From Octopus vulgaris (taxonomy: Eukaryota): a stretch of DNA of 64,000 bases. The position numbers were made by a program, and so were the translations under genes. The stretch covers positions 76,136,001-76,200,000 of the forward strand of contig OX597828.1 in the NCBI GenBank assembly GCA_951406725.2, given 5' to 3'. A model generated the notes under the pieces. The model did no database searches, was not told the DNA's origin, and saw nothing but the letters and a program-made list of their open reading frames with translations. Numbering within the stretch: the stretch's first letter is position 1; each line of letters starts with the position of its first letter. Positions 58,019 to 64,000 of the stretch are shown in pieces.

Positions 58019-58610
58019 TATATATCATATATAAGCACATGTATGTAAATATATATATATACAACCTTCTCTACAGTATTACTTTTAAATGTTAGCAAAC
58101 AACCCGGAATCTCAGGATAGGGACTATGTGAATTACGTCTACTGAAGGGCTGTACTGGTACTTAATTTGTCGACCCCGAAAAGTTGGAAGGTGAAGTTGG
58201 CCTCGGCGGAATATGAACTCAAAACGCGGAAGATTGACGAAATGCTACGAAGCATTTTGCATGGCGAGCTAACAATTCTGCCACCTCGTCGCATTTTGAT
58301 TTTGAATTTCAGTACAAGGTCAGCAGGTTCGGAGGAGGAAGGAGTTGATCAGATCGACCCCAGTGCTCAACTGGTCCTCAGTTTATCTGATCCGGAAATG
58401 ATGAAAGGCAAAGTCGACCTCGGAGGAACTAGAACCCAGAACGCGAAATATGAACGGAATGTCGCTAAGCATTCTACCCGGCGTGCTAACGACTCCGACA
58501 TCTTGCCGCGTTATATGATGATATTAATGACATTACTTCGCGAGCGGCGATAATGAGGAAGCACGGCAATCCCTTCACTGATTATATAAACCAATCATTC
58601 ATTGAACGAT
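56212..58610. repeat. Tandem duplication, two copies (56212-57465 and 57466-58610)
   Basis: Both copies start in a ccctctcttcttc (CTT)n/(CCT)n tract and end at ccaatcattcattgaacgat. Unique parts are nearly identical, with a few substitutions and indels. Confidence 0.95.
56950..57365 (-). mobile_element. Two tandem SINE family A copies (repeated again at ~58093-58510 by the duplication)
   Basis: ctggtacttaatttgtcgaccccgaaaag..ttggcctcggcggaatttgaactc and tcgaccccagtgctcaactgg..aaaggcaaagtcgacctcgg. Confidence 0.75.
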
Positions 58611-58895
58611 GGACGAGCATGAGGCAAACATATACGGCATGTGATGACAATAACGTCTATACATTTAGCTCAGCGGCGGCTGACGTGGTGAATAATCACA
58701 AGCATAAAGATGTGATGTTTAACTCATCAAAAATATTTCGTATTATATTTCTATTTGGTATCTTTGGGTCTGCTTCACATAAACATATATTACCGAATGG
58801 TTGCCGATTCAACTTGCATTCTCGCATGGATTAAGCGATATTACTTTTAGTGGTCCATTTGCTTGGACGTAACTATATAGATATATATAGCAACA

Positions 58896-59124
58896 GGCGG
58901 CGAGCTGGCAGAAACGTTAGCACGCCGGGCGAAATGCGTTGCCGTATTTCCTCTGCCGTTACGTTCCGAGTTCAAATTCCGCCGAGGTCGACTTTGCCTT
59001 TCATCCTTCCGGGGTCGATAAATTAAGTACCAGTTACGCACTGGGGTCGATGTAATCGACTTAATCCGTTTGTCTGTCCTTGTTTGTCTCCTCTGTGTTT
59101 AGCCCCTTGTGGGTAGTAAAGAAA
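58896..59124 (+). mobile_element. tRNA-derived SINE family A, well-preserved copy
   Basis: ggcggcgagctggcagaa A-box-like head, B-box gagttcaaattcc, and core gtcgactttgcctttcatccttccggggtcgataaattaagtacc (Deu/Nin-domain-like from memory). Many copies are present in the window. Confidence 0.85.
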
Positions 59125-59614
59125 CATATATAGATATATGTGCGTGTGCGCGTGCGTGTGTACGTATGTGTGCGTGTGTGCGTGTGTGTGAGTGAATGCG
59201 CCCGCGTGTATGTATGTGTCTGTGCTTATGTGTATTGTGTGTGTATATGTGCCTGTGTTTATCTTTGTAAGTACAAATATATATATATATTAGAAATATT
59301 AAATTTCTAAATACTCAGAGAGATATGAGCGGTGGTGGAACGATAGAGCGGTTGTATACTGTCAACTTAACATGACAGTCCCGTAAAAGGAATCACACCA
59401 CCGCTATTTAGCCCTAGGAAGCATCGACGCTTCCTGTCGGCTTTGACACATTTCCTGTGTCCTTATATTTACGAAGGGGAGACAAGCACCCCCAACAGCT
59501 AGACCTGCATCCAGAGACATGCATGTTTCTCGCCCGCTAATCGGGTATCCCTGTCGCGTATTTTCTCTTCTCAGCAACCAAAAGTTCCCTGTGAAAGTTC
59601 TTGTGGATTGGAAG

Positions 59615-59830
59615 GGTTGCACTCGGTTAAGATATGTTGGAAGTTGTATTCCAACACCTTATACCATTTAGCCATTCCGAATAACCAGCGAGTCAGCTCT
59701 GCCATTGGACTACATCTGAACAACAATGCGGATCTTAGTAGGCTTCTAGCTTTCAGACCTATAATTCGATGAAGGGGCTAAAATTGATCCCCGAAATATT
59801 GTTTTCTTCGTTCACTGATCGACTAAAGCT
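59615..59830 (+). mobile_element. Penelope-like element remnant: GIY-YIG endonuclease fragment plus decayed hammerhead
   Basis: Frameshifted translation gives C-TRLR-YVGS (59618-59644) and IPNNQRVS-SAIGLHLNNN (to 59727), resembling the YVG and SAIxxHL motifs of PLE GIY-YIG domains. It is followed by tcgatga-a-gggg...cccc-GAAA-tattgtt (59766-59803). Confidence 0.5.
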
Positions 59831-60978
59831 GGCTGAATTCCTCAATTTGAAACCTGAAAAATCAACGAAGCCCGACGATGACAAATCTCACCATTGTGAC
59901 ACTTGTAAAGGACACCAAACAACGGAAGGAACAAAGTAAAGCGATAAACGAGAGACGATTTTGATTGTTAATGATTTCTATAGATACGACAAATAAATAT
60001 TCACTTAGAGTGAGTTGGAGAATCACTTCTCTGTGAACGGTCAGAATAGGTGTGCCTCAATTTCCTCTGCATTGGCTGCAAGACAATGGGACGCCGCACT
60101 CTATCTATGAATTGGTTTGTAAGGAAAGTGGCTGGGGGCCACTTCCTTGTGTAGGGGACAAACTGCTTGTTGAATACAGGGTTTAGCACCAGGATTCCTA
60201 GTCGGGAGTCAATGAAAGGCAAGTTGTTAGTATAAATATCTGTACAACACCCTGAATTACCAGGTGAGCATTATAGCTTTCTTTTAGAAGTCTAGATGAT
60301 CTTGACTGCTATACCATTAGTCGTATACATGTTTCACCTGGGGCTAAACCACAATCGACATTATTCGTTTATGAAATATACAAAACCACGATACGGCAGT
60401 GAGATACCACGAATATGGATGGATAAAATCCATAACAGGACACTTCATATTGATCGAATGGTCACAGTCGATTGAAATGGATCATTCTTCCGTTCCATGG
60501 ATATATTCTAGGGAAGATAGGTAACAACTCTCTCATACCTTCTTATATATTCTGACGCCGCCAGTGTGGAACAGCCGCTGTAGAGTCGATGGGCCAATCA
60601 CAACGACCATTCTTCCGGAATTTCATCTTCCACCTCTTAATACCTCTTCACATAATAACAAGTTTATGGTGATGTGGTTCTCCTACATTTTGTTTGTTTG
60701 TGGGTGTGATTATTAGTGTATGTGTGTATGTGTGTGCACGCGTGAGTTTACCTGTATATGATCATGTGTGGGAGTGTGAGTGAGTATATATCTCTGTGTA
60801 TGAGTGTTGCAGTGTGCAGTACGTAGTACGTGTGAATGCTTACCTCCACAGAGTCGTTCACCGAATGTCGGGTGTGTACATAGGTGTCAGTTTTGTTACC
60901 TTGCCACGACTATGTGCGCAGAGTAATTATCATTGTTGTGCTCGGCACGTTGGGTATATGCCTATAGCGGTGTGTATG

Positions 60979-61011
<33 letters not shown>

Positions 61012-61389
61012 CTGTGTGTGTGTGTGTGTGTGTGTGAGTCCTTCTGAAATCTAACCAATGTGTTTATATACACGATCAAGTCTACTGGTTTCCGTATGTT
61101 CTGTACACAATATATATATATATATATATCAACAAATGGGTAAAAAATTATATATATATATATGTATATATAAGTTCATGTGTGTGTGTGTGTTTGGTTT
61201 GCGCGCGCTTGTTTGCATGAATGTATATATTAGTCCCGCTGTTCTGATTATGGATTAGGTGTTTTCTTCTTAAAATGATTCCCGAAGAAACCGTTGCGAC
61301 AGGAATTGTTGCTGTTTTAACTACACACATTCCGATTATCTCTCCTCATTATTATTATTATCATCATTATCATTATCATTATCATTACA

Positions 61390-61421
<32 letters not shown>

Positions 61422-62159
61422 CATCATTGTTATTGTTATTGTTGTTGTTGTTGTTGTTGAAATGGATTGGTAGAATCGTTGGAGCGTTTGAAAAAAATAA
61501 CTGGAACTCAACGCTCGACTTCATGCATTTTTTTCTAAATTTTCATCGCCGTCGTCGCCATCATCGTCGCCATCCTCCTCCTCATCATCACATCATCACC
61601 ATCATCATCCTCTTAACTTCCACATCCTCATCTTCAAACTTCTGCACTTCTCTCCCCTCCACCCTTCTCAGCGTCGTGCTCTTCCTACTCATCATCACCG
61701 TTATGATGATGATGATGATGATCATCATCATCATCATCATCATCATCGTCATCGATATCAGCGTCTTCATTATCGTCATCTTGTACACCATCATTCTTCC
61801 GTTGTACACATATTGCCTCGTCCCCACACCCAGGCCCTCCGCCACTGTTTGCGCACTTTCCCTCATTTATCACCGATTCTATCTCAGGCACGTGATTTCA
61901 TCTTATTAATGTTGCTCTTCTTGCTGTTGTTGACGACGACGACGACGACGATGATGATGATGATGTTGTTTTATTGTTACATCTTTGGACATCTTCTTCT
62001 GCTGTTGTTCAGCGATGGATGACGAAAGATGTTAACAAAAAGGATGGAATACAAGTAGAACGAGATGGATGTGGATACAGAAATAAAAGTCAAGCAAATG
62101 AAGATGATGCGCACGTATACATGCAGAAGCATACGTACGTGCATCCATATATATCTATG

Positions 62160-62317
<158 letters not shown>

Positions 62318-62472
62318 TATATATATATATATATGCACATGATATGCATATATATATATATATATATATAGATAGATAGATAGATAGACGCACATATGTA
62401 TATGTATATAGATATAGATATATACGCATGTATGTATATATATTATATGTATATTATATATTATATACACGC

Positions 62473-62505
<33 letters not shown>

Positions 62506-62679
62506 CACGTAGATTTTTGTTGTGTGCCCGTATATGTATATCAGTAATATAAACATGTGTATATATACTAACACATACATACATACATGTATATATATGT
62601 ATATATATATATATGAAATATATATAAATATGTATATATATGTAATATGTATAATATATGTATGTATATATACATACAA

Positions 62680-62736
<57 letters not shown>

Positions 62737-62964
62737 AGCAAGTATGTATATAAAGTGTTATATATACATTATGAGTGTATCAAAGATGGCTGTTATGCAA
62801 GAAATCTAATTTCTCCACTCCATTCCTATGACCAACAACAACAACAACAACGGCGGCGGCGGCGACGACACTTCCCCCAACACAAAACTACTTTGATCTG
62901 ATCTGTTTGGCATACGAAAGCGAAAACGTAAAACTCTCATCTTTTGATCTTCAATATTCATGAG

Positions 62965-63019
<55 letters not shown>

Positions 63020-63237
63020 GAGAGAGAGAAGAGAGAGTAAAAGGGAGGCAGTGAGAATGAGTGGAAGGTAGAATTGAGATATGTAGGCGAGAGGGAGCGA
63101 ATAGGGAAAGAGAGAGAGAGGGGGGGAGCATAAAGGGATGCATTCGTTACTTTTATGGAAGACCATTGCGACGAGAAATACATCACGTCAATTAGTAGGT
63201 ACTTTTAAGGTTGGTGTTGGTGGTAGTGGTGGTACAT

Positions 63238-63321
63238 GTGGCGGTGGTGCTGGTGGCGGTGGTGCTGGTGGCGGTGGTGCTGGTGGCGGTGGTGCTGGTG
63301 GCGGTGGTGCTGGTGGCGGTG
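63238..63321. repeat. 15-bp GC-rich tandem repeat (ggtggcggtggtgct) x~5.5
   Basis: Exact repeats are visible. Confidence 0.9.
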
Positions 63322-63756
63322 TAAGTGGAGGTTTACTGTAAGGTGGGTGTCGGAAGGGCGGGAGACGGGGGGGAGGGGGAGGGGGAGGTGATTTTTATGT
63401 CTTCGCTTTTACTTGGATTCACACATGCATGACTTCTTCATTTGGAAGAGGCCGAGAAAGAGCGGGAACGGGGAGGAAGGGGAGAGGGAGAGGAAGAAAA
63501 AAAGTGAAGACGAAGGAAAAAGAAGAAGGAGAAGAACAAGAAGAACGATCTACAGGTTGTAGAAAATATATCAAGCGTTCGATAGAATCGATTACTACGT
63601 GTAGGCGGGGGAGGGGGTTGCTTTATATGGAATAATATATATTATTTTTATACACGCACACACATATGCATATATATTTATACGTACATGCACATACATA
63701 TGTGTGTATGTGTGTGTGTATATATGTATATATGTATACGTAATTATGTATGAGTA

Positions 63757-63802
<46 letters not shown>

Positions 63803-63852
63803 TATACACACAAACATCTACATATACTCGCGTTTGTGTGTGCTTGTATGAA

Positions 63853-63899
<47 letters not shown>

Positions 63900-63958
63900 G
63901 TGCGTATTTGTATATGTATGGGCGCACACACACACTCGCTCACACACACACACTCTCG

Positions 63959-63997
<39 letters not shown>

Positions 63998-64000
63998 ATG

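Noticed and set aside
60001-60660. LPFID motif suggesting PLE reverse transcriptase
   Set aside because: Neighbouring RT motifs could not be recovered in a consistent order.
63138-63341. Gly-rich ORF (GGGGA)n resembling a structural protein
   Set aside because: It is short and explained by a 15-bp tandem repeat. No supporting exon context was seen.

Overview
AT-rich, microsatellite-saturated eukaryotic non-coding DNA. The SINE families and the repeat landscape suggest a coleoid cephalopod, probably Octopus; this is inference and was not searched. I cannot support any host protein-coding gene, tRNA or rRNA. Nearly all listed ORFs are translations of (TA)n, (CA)n, (AAT)n or (GATA)n tracts. The real content is transposon debris: at least four tRNA-derived SINE families in many copies, 5'-truncated CR1-like LINEs, RTE-like LINE fragments (one with a 5' inversion), two mariner remnants, one maT/Tc1-like element, Penelope-like (PLE) fragments, and a ~1.15-1.25 kb tandem duplication. 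The most notable signal is a set of short ORF-less inserts in (TA)n tracts that carry type I hammerhead ribozyme motifs. These are at 10579-10626, at 18895-18942 (with an inverted partial partner), and in a ~400-bp spacerless palindrome at 46756-47157 that encodes a hammerhead on each strand. A SINE/LINE pair sharing a 3' stem-loop with compensatory changes is also visible.
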